Shown piece after piece: positions 1 through 12,459 of a stretch of 64,000 bases of DNA. Each line of letters begins with the position of its first letter. Within the stretch, counting starts at the first letter, position 1. The notes beneath the pieces are model-generated. The model saw only the letters and a program-made list of their open reading frames with translations, was not told the origin of the DNA and did no database searches. Source of the DNA: the human T2T-CHM13v2.0 reference genome, Homo sapiens. A program made the position numbers and the translations under genes. The stretch lies in the NCBI RefSeq assembly GCF_009914755.1, contig NC_060929.1; one strand, given 5' to 3'.

Positions 1-74
1 TTGTTGAGATATTCATTATATATATATACTTTATACACACACATACATATACTACAATTTTGTGATTCAGGTTT

Positions 75-427
75 TTAAAAAATTTCAGTAGGTTTTTGGG
101 GAACAGGTGGTGTTTGGTTACATGAATAAGTTTCTCACTGGTGATTTCTGAGATTTTGGTGCACCTGTCACCCGAGCAGTGTACACTGCACCCATTATGT
201 AGTCTTTTATCCGTCACCCAACTCCCACCCTTTCCTATGAGTCCCTGAAGTTCATTGTATCATTCTTATGCCTTTGTGTCCTCATAACTTAACTCCCACT
301 TGTGAGAACATACAATGTTTGGTTTTCCAGTCCTCAGTTACTTCACTTAGAATAATATCTCCAATTCCATCCAGGTTGCTGCAAATGCCACTATTTCATT
401 CCTTTTCATGGCTGAGTAGTATTCCAT

Positions 428-462
<35 letters not shown>

Positions 463-3400
463 CACATTTTCTGTATCCACTCGTTGATTGATGTGAATTT
501 AGGCTGGTTCCATATTTTTGCAATTGCAAATTGTGCTGCTATAAACATGCCTGTGCAAATATCTTTTTCATATAATGACTTCTTTTCCTTTGGATTGATA
601 TCCAGGAGTGGGATTGCTGGATCAAATGGTAGATCTGCTTTTAGTTCTTTAAGGAATTTCCACCCTGTTTTCCATAGTGTTTGTACTAGTTTACATTTTC
701 ACCAACAGTGTAAAAGTGTTCCCTTTTTACCACATCCACACAAATATCTATTATTTTTTGATTATGGCTGTTTTTGCAGGAGTAAGTTGGTATCACATTG
801 TGGTTTTGCTTTGCATTTCCCTGATAATGAGTGATGTTGAGCATTTTTCATATGTTTATGGGCCATTTGTACATCTTCTTTTAATAATTGTCTATTCATG
901 TCCTTAGCCCACTTTTTGATGGGATTGTTTTTTTCATGCTGATTTGTTTGAGTTCCTTGTAGACTCTGGGTATTAGTCCTTTGTCAAATGTATAGATTGT
1001 GAAGATTTTCTCCTACCCTATGTGTTGTCTGTTTGCTGATTATTTCTTTTGCTGTGCACAAGCTTTTTAGTTTAATTAAGTCCCATCTATTATCCTTTTT
1101 TGTTGTTGTGTTTGCTTTTGGGTTCTTGGTCATAAAGTCTTTCCTTAAGCCAGTGTCAAGAAAGATTTTTCCAATGTTATGTTCTAGAAATTTTATGGTT
1201 TCAGGTCTTAGATTTAGGTCTTTGATCCATCTTGAGTTGATTTTTGTATAAGGTGAGAGATGAGGATCCGGTTTCATTCTTCTACATGTGGCTTGCCAAT
1301 GATCCCAGCACCATTTGTTGAATAGGGTGTCCTTTCTCCACATTATGTTTTTGTTTGCATTATGGAAGATCAGCTGACGGTAAGTATTTGGGTTTATTTC
1401 TGGGTTCTCTATTCCATTCCATTGGTCTGTGTGCCTGTTTTTATACCAGTACCATGCTCTTTTGGTGACTATGGCCTTATGGTATAGTTTGAAGTCTGGT
1501 AATGTAATGCCTCCAGTTTTGTCCTTTTTACTTAGTCTTGCTTTGGCTATGTGGGCTCCTTTTTGGTTCCATATGAATTTCAGGATTGTTTTTCTAGTTC
1601 TGTGAAGAATGATGATGGTATTTTGATGTTAATTGCATTGAATTTGTAGATTGCTTTTGGCAGTATGGTCATTTTCACAATATTGATTCTACCCATCCAT
1701 GAGCATGGGATGTGTTTTCATTTGTTTGTGTCATCTATGATTTCTTTCAGCAGTGTTCTGTACTTTTCCTTGTAGAGGTCTTTCACCTCTTTGGTTAGGT
1801 ATATTCCCAAGTTTTTTTTTTTTTTTTTTTTGCAGCTATTTTAAAAGGGGTGGAGTTCTTGATTTGATTCTTAGATTGGTTGCTTTTGGTATATAGTATG
1901 GCTGCTGATTTGTGTACATTAATGTTGTACACAAATGTTTTAGTTTCCTGAAACTTTGCTGAATTCATTTACCAGTTCTAGGAGCTTTTTGGATGAATCT
2001 TGAGGGTTTTCTAGGTATATGATCATGTCATCAGCAAACAGCAATAGTTTGACTTCCTCTTTACCAATTTGGATGCCCTTTGTTTCTTTTTCTTGTCTAA
2101 TTCCTCTGGCTAGGACTTCCAGTACGGTGTAGAATAGAAGTGGTGAAAGTGGGCATCCTTGTCTTGTTCCAGTTCCTAAGGGCAATGCTTTCAAGTTTTC
2201 CCCGTTCAGTGTAATGTTGGCTGTAGGTTTGTCATAGATGGCTTTTATTACCTTAAGGTATGTCCCTTTTATGCCGATTTTGCTGAGGCTTTTTCACAAA
2301 GGGATACTGGATTTTGTCAAATGCTTTTTTTTGTCTATTGAGATGATCAGGTAATTCTTGTTTTTAATTCTGTTTATGTGGTGTATCACATTTATTGACT
2401 TGTGGATGTTAAGCCATGCCTGCATCCCTCTTATGAAACCACTTGATTATGGTGGATTATCTTTTTGATATGCTGTTGAATTTGGTTAACTAGTATTTGG
2501 TTGAGGATTTTTGCATCTCTGTTCATCAGGGATATTGGCCTGTAGTTTTCTTTTTTTGTTATGTCCTTTCCTGGTTTTGGTATTAGGGTGATACTGGCTT
2601 CATAGAATGATTTAGGGGGGGATTCCCTCTCTGTTTTTCGGAATAGTGCCAATAGGATTGATACCAATTCTTCATTGAATGTCTGATGGAATTCAGCTGT
2701 GAATCCATCTGGCCATGGACTTTTTTTTGTTGGTAACTTTTTAATTACCATTTCAGTCTCACTGCTTGTTACTGGTCTGTTCAGAGTTTGTATTTCTTCC
2801 TGGCTTATTCTACAAGGGTTGTATATTTCCAGGAATTTATCTGTCTCCTCTGGGTTTTCTAGTTTATTTGTGTAATGGTGTTTATAGTAGCCTTGAATGA
2901 TCTTTGTATTTCTGTGGTATTGGTTGTAATGTCTCTTGTTTCATTTCTAATTATGCTTATTTGGATCTTTTCTCTTTTTTTCTTGGTTAATATTGCTAAT
3001 GGTCTATCAGTTTTATTTCTCATTTCAAAGAACCAGCTTTTTGATTCTTTTATCTTTTGTATTTGTTTGTTTCTATTTCATTTAGTTCTGCTCTGATCTT
3101 GGTTACTTCTTTTCTTCTTCTGGGTTTGGGTTTGGTTTGTTCTTGTTTCTCTAGTTCCTTGAGGTGTGACCTTAGATTGTCTATTTGTGCTGTTTCAGAC
3201 TTTTTGATGTAAGCATTTAATACTATGAACTTTCCTTTTAGCACCACTTTTGCCATTTCCCAGCGGTTTTGATAGGTTATGTCACTATTATTGTTCAGTT
3301 CAAATAATTTTTTAATTTCCATCTTGATGTTAATGTTGACCCAGTCATCATTCAGGAGCAGGTTATTTAATTTCCATGTATTTTTATGGTTTTAAGGGTT

Positions 3401-5855
3401 CCTTTTGGAGTTGATTTCCAATTTTATTCCACTGTGGTCTGAAAGAGTACTTGATGTAATTTTGATTTCCTTATATTTGTTGAGACTTTTTTTGTCCCTA
3501 TGATGTGGTCTATCTTGGGGAATGTTCCATGTGCTGATGAAGAGAATGTATGCTTGTATGTTCTGCAGTTGTTGGGTAGAATATTCTGTAAATATTTGTT
3601 AAGTCTGGTTGTCCTAGGGTATAGTTTAAATCCATTGTTTCTTTGTTGACTTTTTGTCTTGATGACCTGTCTAGTGCTGTCAGTAGAGTATTGAAGTCCC
3701 CCACTATTATTGTGTTGCTGTCTATCTCATTTCTTAGGTCTAGTAGTACTTGTTTTATAAATTTGGGACCTCCAGTGTTAGGTGCATATGTATTTAGGAT
3801 TTTGATATATTCCTGTTGGACTATTCCTTTTATCATCATATGATGTCCCTCTTTGTCTTTTTTAAGTGCTGTTGCTTTAAAGTTTGTTTTGTCTGATATA
3901 AAAATAACTACTCTTGCTTGCTTTTGGTGTCCATTTGCATAGAATATCTTTTTCTAGGCCTTTACCTTAAGTTTATGTGAGTACTTATGTGTCAGGTGAG
4001 TCTCTTGAAGACAGCAGATAGTTGGTAAATTCTTATCCATTCTGCCATTCTGTATCCTTTAAGTGGAGCATTTAAGCCATTTACAATCAACGTTATTATT
4101 GAGATGTGAGGTACTGTTCTATTCATTGTGCTATTTGTTGCCTGAATACCTTTTCTTTTTTCTTTTTTTTTTCATTGTATTGTTTTATAGGGCCTGTGAG
4201 ATTTATGCTTTAAGGAGATTCCATTTTAGTGTGTTTTGAGGATTTGTTTCAATATTTAGAGCTCGTTTTCATAGTTTTTGTAGTGCTGGCTTTGTAGTGG
4301 CAAATTCTCTCAGCATTTCTTTGTTGGAAAAAAGTATGTATCCTTCATTTATAAAGCTTAGTTTTGCTGGATACAGAATTCTTGGCTGATAATTGTTTTC
4401 TTTAAGGAGATTAAAGGTAGGACCTCAGCTCTTCTAGCCTGTAGGATTTCTGCTGAGAAATCTGTTAATCTGATAGATTTTTCTTTATAGGTTACCTGAT
4501 GCTTTTGCCTCACAGCTCTTTAGATTCTTTCCTTTGTCTTGACTTTAGATAACCTGATGACTATGTGCCTAGGTGATGATCTTTTTATGATGAATTTCTC
4601 AGGTGTTTTTTGAGATTCTTGTGTTTAGATGTCTAGATCTCTAGCAAGGCCGGGGAAGTTTTCCTCAATTATTCTTTCAAATATGTTTTCCAAACTTTTA
4701 GATTTCTCTTCTTCCTCGAGAACAATTATTCTTAGGTTTGGTTGTTAAACATAATCCCAAACTTGTTGGAGACTTTTTTCATTTTTTAAAACTCTTTTTT
4801 TCTTTGTCTTTGTTGGATTGGGTTAATTCGAAAGCCTTGTGTTTGAGCTCTGAAGTTCTTTCTTCTACTAGCTCGATTTTATTGCTGAGACTTTCCAGTA
4901 CATTTTTCATTTCTCTAAGTGTGTCCTTGGTTTCCAGAAGTTGCGATTGTTTTTTATTTATGCTATTTCACTGAAAATTTTTCCATTCATATCCTGTATC
5001 TTTTTTTTTTTTTTTTTAATTTCTTTAAGTTGGCCTTTACCTTTCTCTGGTGCCTCCTTGATCGGCTTAAAAGTTGACCTTCTGAATTTTTTTTCTGGAA
5101 GTTTAGAGGTTTTATCTTGGTTTGGATCCATTGCTGGTGAGCTAGTGTGATCTTTTCGGGGTGTTAACCTTGTTTTGTCATATTACTGGAATTGTTTTTT
5201 TTGTTTCTTCTTATTTGGGTAGACTATATCAGAGGGAAGATCTGGAACTCAAGGGCTGCTGTTCAGTTTCTTTTGTCCCACGGGGTGCTCCCTTGATGTG
5301 GTGCTCCTCCCTTTCCTGTACAGATGGGGCTTCCTGAGAGCTGAACTACAGTGATTGTTATTTCTCTTCTGGATCAAGCCACCCAGTGGAGCTACTGGGC
5401 TCTGGGCTGTTACTGGGGACTGTCTGCAAAGAGTCCTGTGATGTGATCCATCTTCAGGTCTGTCAGCCATGGATACCAACACCTGTTCCCGTGGAGGTAG
5501 CAGCAGAGTGAAGTGGATATTTTTAAGTACGCTGGTTTTGTGTTGGTTGGCCTCCAGCCAGGAGGTGGCACTTTTAAGAGCACATTAGCTGCAGTAGTAG
5601 GAGGAGGATCAGGCGGTGGCAGGACCATAGAGCTCCCAAGAGATTATGTCCTTTGTCTTCGGCGTTCCTCGGCTGTCCCAGGAACCTGCAGCAGCAATCC
5701 ACCTTCTTCAAAGGGTCTGTGGATTCTCTCGGATTTCCTGGTATGTTCCTGCATAGTTTTTGGAGCAAGAGGTTCACGATGTAGGTCTCCACGTGCTGCT
5801 CTGTCCATTAAGTGGGAGCTGCAAGTTAGTATTGCCTCCTATCTGCCATTTTCCC
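75..5855 (-). mobile_element. Near full-length L1PB-type LINE-1 (inactive), antisense in intron 1
   Basis: L1PB-like 3' end (tttggggaacaggtggtgtttggttacatg); ORF2 fragments on - strand (984..1343, 1940..2194 with GCPLSPLLF and LFADDM, 2431..2751, 3050..3322, 3510..3839); L1PBa-like 5' end near 5810-5855. Confidence 0.9.
428..461. repeat. (GT)n microsatellite inside the L1PB 3' region
   Basis: Uninterrupted gt run of about 16 units. Confidence 0.9.
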
Positions 5856-6475
5856 TCTCACTGTGTGATTTGGTTATTTTCATGAAAGCCTACTATTAAA
5901 AGATTTGAAAAATTGGAATGGTGTGATCATGTATTATACTTGGAAAAGGGAAGACAGTCTATGATCATGTGGTGAAATAAACTACAGTAGAGATATTGGA
6001 GTAGAATAAAACAAGAGTTATTTAATATTGAATGCTCTAGATGTTGGCTGTATGACATTGATTTGTAATGCAGTATGAAATCTTCAGTGGGACAAACTGA
6101 AGCTGTTATAAAAAGGGGGAACGTGAACTCTTTGTCGAGGCCAAAGGAAATGATGGTGGGTCTACCTGAGATGCTTTTGTGTAGTCAGTTCCACACAGCT
6201 ATTAAGAGGTGGTCTACTTTTTATCTTGATGTAATAGCTTGCAGCTGATTTGAATCTAACTCAGTTTTTGTTTTCCTTTGAGAATGTGAAGGTTGTATGG
6301 GTTTAAATTTCACCATTGTTGAAATGAGACAGTAAATCTGAGAGCCTTCTTTTATTTTCCTCTGTTAGCCTTGCTGCATGACCACAAGTATAGATAAAGC
6401 AAATGGTATGTAAATATCAAAATTATTTTTTAAAGGATAAGTAATCTTTTTTTTCTCCTTTGAATTTTATTCTAG

Positions 6476-6553
6476 GATCCATCAGTTACACAAGTGACAA
6501 GAAATGTTCCACCAGGACTTGATGAATATAATCCATTCTCGGATTCTAGAACA
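6476..6553 (+). CDS. SCAMP1: SCAMP1 coding exon 2 ([26 protein letters not shown]), 78 nt, phase 0-0, contains an NPF motif
   Basis: Acceptor ttttattctag|GAT and donor ACA|gtaaga; the translation matches the recalled SCAMP1 N-terminus after MSDFDSNPFADPDLNNPFK. Confidence 0.97.
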
Positions 6554-7061
6554 GTAAGATTATTCTTGCTTTTAAATGTTTAAATTGAAATTCAGTAGGA
6601 ATTCTATTTTAACTATGATTTCTTTTTTAGTGGATTGCTTACACTTAAATAAAACAAATTGTTAATGTTTTATTTAGTATTCAGCAAACTTGGATTTTTT
6701 TAATATGTAGAAATATTAGTAGTAATTGAAGATTACCATGATGATCCTAGTGAAATACTTCAAATTTTCTTTTATGTTTTACAGATTAAATCACAATAAT
6801 CTTTCTAAAATGTAAACTTTTCCACATTACTTGAAATACTAGGAATTAGAGAAATATTTCTTGGTATACATGTTGTCTGCCTGATAATGTGGGGTGATTT
6901 TTTTTTACGTGGAAACTGTGTAGAACTGTACCATGAATGTTTGTATGATTGTCATTTGAATTAGATTATTCTGAATAGTACTAGCCTTCTGTTCTGGCAG
7001 AGTAGAACCTCTGGAACTTTACCCAGACTAGGAAAGCATATTTTTCCCCTCAAAATTTAGT

Positions 7062-7207
7062 ATTTTTTTCTTTTAAAAATTTATTTATTGTAGAGACAGT
7101 GTCTTCTATGTTCCCCAGGCTGGTCTTGAACTCCTGGTCTCAATCCATCCTCCCACCTCAGCCTCCCAAAGTGCTGCAACTACAGATGTGAGCCGTGGCG
7201 CCTGGCC
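7062..7207 (-). mobile_element. Alu monomer (FLAM-like)
   Basis: Left-arm Alu sequence flanked by the 12-bp TSD tcaaaatttagt (7050-7061, 7208-7219). Confidence 0.88.
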
Positions 7208-7494
7208 TCAAAATTTAGTTTTGATTTATAAAATGTACAAGTATGAAAAAAATCCTCATAAAACAGTGTTTTGCTACTCTAGATGTATATGAGAAGCATC
7301 TAGGGGACTTTATTACACTACCCCTTATGGCCCTCATCTCTTAGAGTTAGGGCAATTTTTTTTTTAAAGTTCTTTTGATGATTTTATTGTGACCTAGATT
7401 TGAAAACTGTTGAGGTAGATTCTGTTGAGACTATCTCCAGAATTTCTGTGGCAAATAATTTCATCTCCTGTATTTGGGTCTGCCTCCAATACTT

Positions 7495-7870
7495 TTGTTA
7501 CCTTGCCCTGTGCATCTCTTCTATTTGGCTGTTCCTGAGTTGTGTCCTTTAGTAAGCTGCTAATAGTAAGTAAACTGTTTCCATGAGTTCTGAGAGCGCT
7601 TCTAGAAAATTATCAAATCCAAGGAGAGGGTCATGGAAACCCCCAGTTCATAGAAAGTTAGTCAGTATGGGCGGCAATCTGTGACTTGTGACTGGTGACT
7701 TGGGACTTGTGACTGGTGTCTGAAATGAGCCCTTAACCTGTGGGATCTGTGATAGTCCAGGTAGGTAGTATCAGAATTGAACTGAGTTGTAGGACATCTA
7801 GATGGTGTCCAAAGAGTTGGGGAATTGGTTGGTGTTGGGGGAAAAAACCCCACACATTTGGTATCAATAG
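7495..7870. mobile_element. Partial LTR, MER21-like
   Basis: Motifs ccttgccctgtgcatctcttc, gagcccttaacctgtgggatctg and ccccacacatttgg resemble the MER21 family. Confidence 0.6.
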
Positions 7871-8291
7871 TATTGTTGGTAAAAACAGTCCAAAAGTAAA
7901 AGCATTAAAATAAGAATGAACTTTTAAATTTCTCTTTATTTCAAAGCCCTCATTTAACAGCCTTTGCTTATATGTAGCAAATTAATTCCAGGTTGGGATC
8001 ACTAAAGTGCTCTTTGAGCATGTAAATTACAGGTTAAAACATGTGAAATGGCCAATAAGCTGACCAGTTTTGATATATAAAAATGGTGGTTTCATATGAT
8101 TCAACCTTATAATGAATTAGTGCTGTGAATATGTGAGAGTGCAATTTGGTAGTAGTTGTTGAAGGGAAAAAAAGAAGAGCTGGCAAATTATATTCCACTG
8201 TATGTAGTTCTTTTAACTTGATTTCTAGGAGGTGGAGATGGGAACAAGACCATTTTTAAACTTTGTCGATAAAGAATGAAAAGAGATTTTT

Positions 8292-9701
8292 TTTTCTTTT
8301 TTTTTTTTTTATTGATCATTCTTGGGTGTTTCTCACAGAGGGGGATTTGGCAGGGTCATAGGACAATAGTGGAGGGAAGGTCAGCAGATAAACAAGTGAA
8401 CAAAGGTCTCTGGTTTTCCTAGGCAGAGGACCCTGCGGCCTTCCGCAGTGTTTGTGTCCCTGGGTGCTTGAGATTAGGGAGTGGTGATGACTCTTAACGA
8501 GCATGCTGCCTTCAAGCATCTGTTTAACAAAGCACATCTTGCACCGCCCTTAATCCATTTAACCCTGAGTGGACACAGCACATGTTTCAGAGAGCACAGG
8601 GTTGGGGGTAAGGTCACAGATCAACAGGATCCCAAGGCAGAAGAATTTTTCTTAGTACAGAACAAAATGAAAAGTCTCCCATGTCTACTTCTTTCTACAC
8701 AGACATGGCAACCATCCGATTTCTCAATCTTTTCCCCACCTTTCCACTCCACAAAACCGCCATTGTCATCATGGCCCGTTCTCAATGAGCTGTTGGGTAC
8801 ACCTCCCAGACGGGGTGGTGGCCGGGCAGAGGGGCTCCTCACTTCCCAGTAGGGGCGGCCTGGCAGAGGCGCCCCTCACCTCCCGGACGGGGCAGCTGGC
8901 CGGGCGGGGGGCTGACCCCCCCACCTCCCTCCCGGACGGGGCGGCTGGCCGGGCAGAGGGGCTCCTCACTTCCCAGTAGGGGCGGCTGGGCAGAGGCGCC
9001 CCTCACCTCCCGGACGGGGCGGCTGGCCTGGCGGGGGGCTGACCCCCCCACCTCCCTCCCGGACAGGGCGGCTGGCCTGGCGGGGGCTGACCCCCACCTC
9101 CCTCCCGGATTGGGTGGCTGCAGGGCGGAGACGCTCCTCACTTCCCAGACGGGGTGGCTGCCGGGCGGAGGGGCTCTTCACTTCTCAGACGATGGGTGGC
9201 CAGGCAGAGACGCTCCTCACTTCCCACACGGGGTGGCGGCCGGGCAGAGGCTGCACTCCCGGCACTTTGGGAGGCCAAGGCAGGCGGCTGGGAGGTGGAG
9301 GTTGTAGCGAGCCGAGATCACGCCACCGCACTCCAGCCTGGGCGCCATTGAGCACTGAGTGAACCAGACTCTGTCTGCAATCCCGGCACCTCAGGAGGCC
9401 GAGGCTGGCGGATCACTTGCGGTTAGGAGCTGGAGACCAGCCTGGCCAACACAGCAAAACCCCGTCTCCACCAAAAAAATACAAAAACTGGTCAGGCGTG
9501 GCGGCGCGCGCCTGCAATCGCAGGCACTCGGCAGGCTGAGGCAGGAGAATCAGGCAGGGAGGTTGCAGTGAGCCGAGATGGCAGCAGTACAGTCCAGCTT
9601 CGGCTTGGCATCAGAGGGAGACCGTGGAAAGAGAGGGAGAGGGAGAGGGAGAGAGAGGGAGAGGGAGACCGTGGAAAGAGAGGGAGAGGGAGAGGGAGAG
9701 C
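8292..9701 (-). mobile_element. Full-length SVA retrotransposon (SVA_D-like), antisense in intron 2
   Basis: Poly-T tail, SINE-R (about 8311-8800), GC-rich VNTR (about 8800-9250), Alu-like domain (about 9250-9610), (CCCTCT)n hexamer head; perfect 14-bp TSD gaaaagagattttt at 8278-8291 and 9702-9715. Confidence 0.97.
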
Positions 9702-10777
9702 GAAAAGAGATTTTTATATAAATGTTTGCAAAACTTTACTAGCAAGAAATATGTTTAGCATTTTTATATAGTAGCAGCTTTAGATTACTCTTATCAGTTG
9801 TAGTATTCTTCATCAAGCTGTCTACTTTGTGCCATGTGCTTTGCCTGTATTATCTTATTGAATTCTCATAATATTCAAAATTGATATTTTAAATTTCCGT
9901 TTTACTAATAAAGATCTGAGACACAGGTCAGCTAGCAAGTAAGTGGCAGAACTGGCTTATTAACTCGTGTTATCTGTAAAGCTTTTGCCTTTTTCATTTT
10001 GCTAGTGCTATCTTTGGAGATAGTTGCTTAAGAAATAGAAAAAATAGTCCTGGTCTTTGAAAGATTTCTCACCTAATTGGTGTAATTAAAAATTACACAG
10101 ACACAAAGAAGATATATCCAGAACAAATAAAACAAAATATAAATCATGATTGTAAATGTTGAGACTTTATAGTTACAAAAAGATTTTCTGAAAGTGAATA
10201 GTCTTGAGCAAGGAGGTAGGCAATAGTGAGAAGCCAATTTACAATGAAACACTTCCCTTAGATTTGATGAACAGTGATATGGTGTCAGAACCAGGAAAAT
10301 TCTTATGATAATTGGGTGCATTTTCCTCTGCACTGTTAACATGATGGAAAACACAGTTTAAATATTAAATATTCCTTTGTTTATTATATAATGTGATTTC
10401 AGAAATTTGTCCATTTTTGTGGCTGTGATTATTTTCCAAAGAGATTAGGTGTAGTTAGATAATTGATTTAAGTGGTATATTAGCATTAGACCTTGGTCCT
10501 GTTTTAGTTAATTGGTGGTATTCGTATTTTTATCATAGGACAGTGTTTGTGAAACTGAAGCTTCTTGATTCTTGTATCAGGATATGGTGAGCTACTTGAG
10601 GTCAAGAAGGAAGATCTTCTAGCAGAATGCCTGAGTGTGTAATCTTGCTAAGATTTAGAAAGTTCCTGCCCTGTTCTTCTTTTTATTAAAATTGTTTTCT
10701 TCTGTACTTAATTTTTCTGTTTGAATGGAAACCTTAAGTTATTTAAGGAAGGCTACAGTATGGAAATCTTGAGTAAT

Positions 10778-11076
10778 TATATACATATATATATATTTAG
10801 AGATAGGGTCTCACTCTGTTGCCCAGGCTGAAGTGCAGTGGCACAGTCGTTGCCCATTGCAGCCCCAAACTCCTGAGCTCAAGCGATCCTCCTGCCTCAG
10901 CTTTTCAAGTAGCTAGGACTACAGGTATACTCTACCACATGTGGCTAATTATTTTCTGTAGAGAAGAGGTCTTGGTAAGTTGCCTAGGCTGGTCTCAAAC
11001 TCCTGGCCTCAAGTGATCCTCCTGCCTTGGCCACCCAAAGTGCTGGGATTTTAGGTGTGAGCTACAGTGCTTGGCC
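10778..11076 (-). mobile_element. AluJ-like element whose tail has decayed into (TA)n
   Basis: Dimeric antisense Alu from agatagggtctcactctgttgccc to cttggcc. Confidence 0.88.
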
Positions 11077-11184
11077 TGCATAATTTTATAACTTATATAT
11101 TCACCATTTTACACATTCAGAGAAAGGAGTTGTAACAAGACACTTTATAATATAGACTAAGTCATTTTATTGACAGTGTCATGA

Positions 11185-11240
11185 AAGCCTCTTGAGCACT
11201 TAAATGTGGCTAGTCTGAATTGAGATGTACTATAAAAATG
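11185..11240. mobile_element. MER3/MER33-like hAT DNA transposon fragment
   Basis: ttgagcacttaaatgtggctagtctgaattgagatgt resembles the MER3/MER33 core. Confidence 0.55.
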
Positions 11241-11834
11241 GAAGATAGTCTTGAGTTATGAAATAATTTTTTTTGTTTGAATTCAAAATGCATTTTTCTA
11301 CTGAAATTATGTTGTGCATGGTAGGTAGGTTTTCTGGCCTACCCTCTAAAATCTAATGCATAAATAGAGAAATTATCCTTAAGAATTGATGTATGTTTAT
11401 GGGGAATGTTTTTCTTTTCAATTAAGTAACAGTTGAAAATGCCTATTGCTGCTTGATTCTCACTAGTTTTGGCCACTGGTGAGGGCATTTGTGGCTTTAG
11501 ACAGAATTTTTTTTGGTGGGTATTGAAGGTAAGGGATAGGGACACCTGTGTGTGGGAGAAGTGCAGCACTGCTGACAAATCCTTAGAGACATTTCTTGGG
11601 GCCTAGTTTACTGTCATGTTTCTTTTCGTTAGGGATTGTCTGCCTGGTTCTTTTTCTGTTTCGCTAGTTGATGCCATATATGATTTCTGTCACATAGAGC
11701 AGAGAGAAGAACCACAAGAGAAAATTCCAGGTACTGACAGTGTGAGGGGGTATGCCCAGATGGTCATCTCTGACCATAAAGGGACATGGATAATTGGTTT
11801 ATGTAAGGAAGTACTGCCTCTAACATAATTCAGG

Positions 11835-11930
11835 ACATGAAGTAGACTGAGTCTAAAGAGGACCTGCATTTTAACCTAGGCCCCGTCACTAAGCAGTTGG
11901 TAACTTTAGGCAAACCATATAACCTCTTCG
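11835..11930 (+). mobile_element. MIR fragment
   Basis: Degenerate MIR core (gacctgcattttaacc...actttaggcaaaccatataacctct). Confidence 0.5.
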
Positions 11931-11999
11931 AAAATCTTTTTTTTTAATATATATATATTACAATGAAGGCAGGGAGGAAAATGTTGAGTTAAATAATTT

Positions 12000-12122
12000 T
12001 ATCTTTTTATAGACACAGGTTCTTGCTTTGTTGCCCAGGCTGGTCTCAAACTCCTGGACTCAAGAGATCCTCCTGTGTTGTCCTCCCAAAATGGATTACA
12101 GGCATGAACCACCATGCCTAGC
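12000..12122 (-). mobile_element. Alu monomer (FLAM-like)
   Basis: 15-bp TSD tgagttaaataattt at 11985-11999 and 12123-12137. Confidence 0.88.
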
Positions 12123-12459
12123 TGAGTTAAATAATTTAGTATTAGTATCTCTTGAAAATTAGGACTAAAGCATCTAGCTGCAGGGGCTGACTGGATATAA
12201 TTGTACATAGTAGTTTACTCATCTTTAATACTGCCAAAGCATTCTGTATAGTTTAACACCTGTCTTTATTTTCTCTCGCTGTGCACTTCTTTTTTCTTTC
12301 TCTTTGCCTTCTGCTTCTCACTGTTTTGTATTCTTGGAGCTCATTATCTGTCCCTTCTGGAACCTCTTTGTTTCCAGTCTCATTTAATGATACTGTTGAC
12401 TTACATCCTAGTATCGTTGGCTAGAAATACCCGATTTGTCTTTGGCGCTAACAGCTTCT

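Noticed and set aside
268-834. 188-aa + strand ORF and similar Phe/Leu-rich ORFs (e.g. 2875..3096, 55933..56349)
   Set aside because: Antisense readings of L1 sequence; no splice or gene context
8800-9250. Regularly spaced repeats superficially like a CRISPR array
   Set aside because: SVA VNTR units with no unique spacers, in eukaryotic DNA
8769-9571. Many overlapping GC-rich ORFs and CpG-island-like composition
   Set aside because: Fully explained by the SVA VNTR and Alu-like domain; not a host promoter or gene
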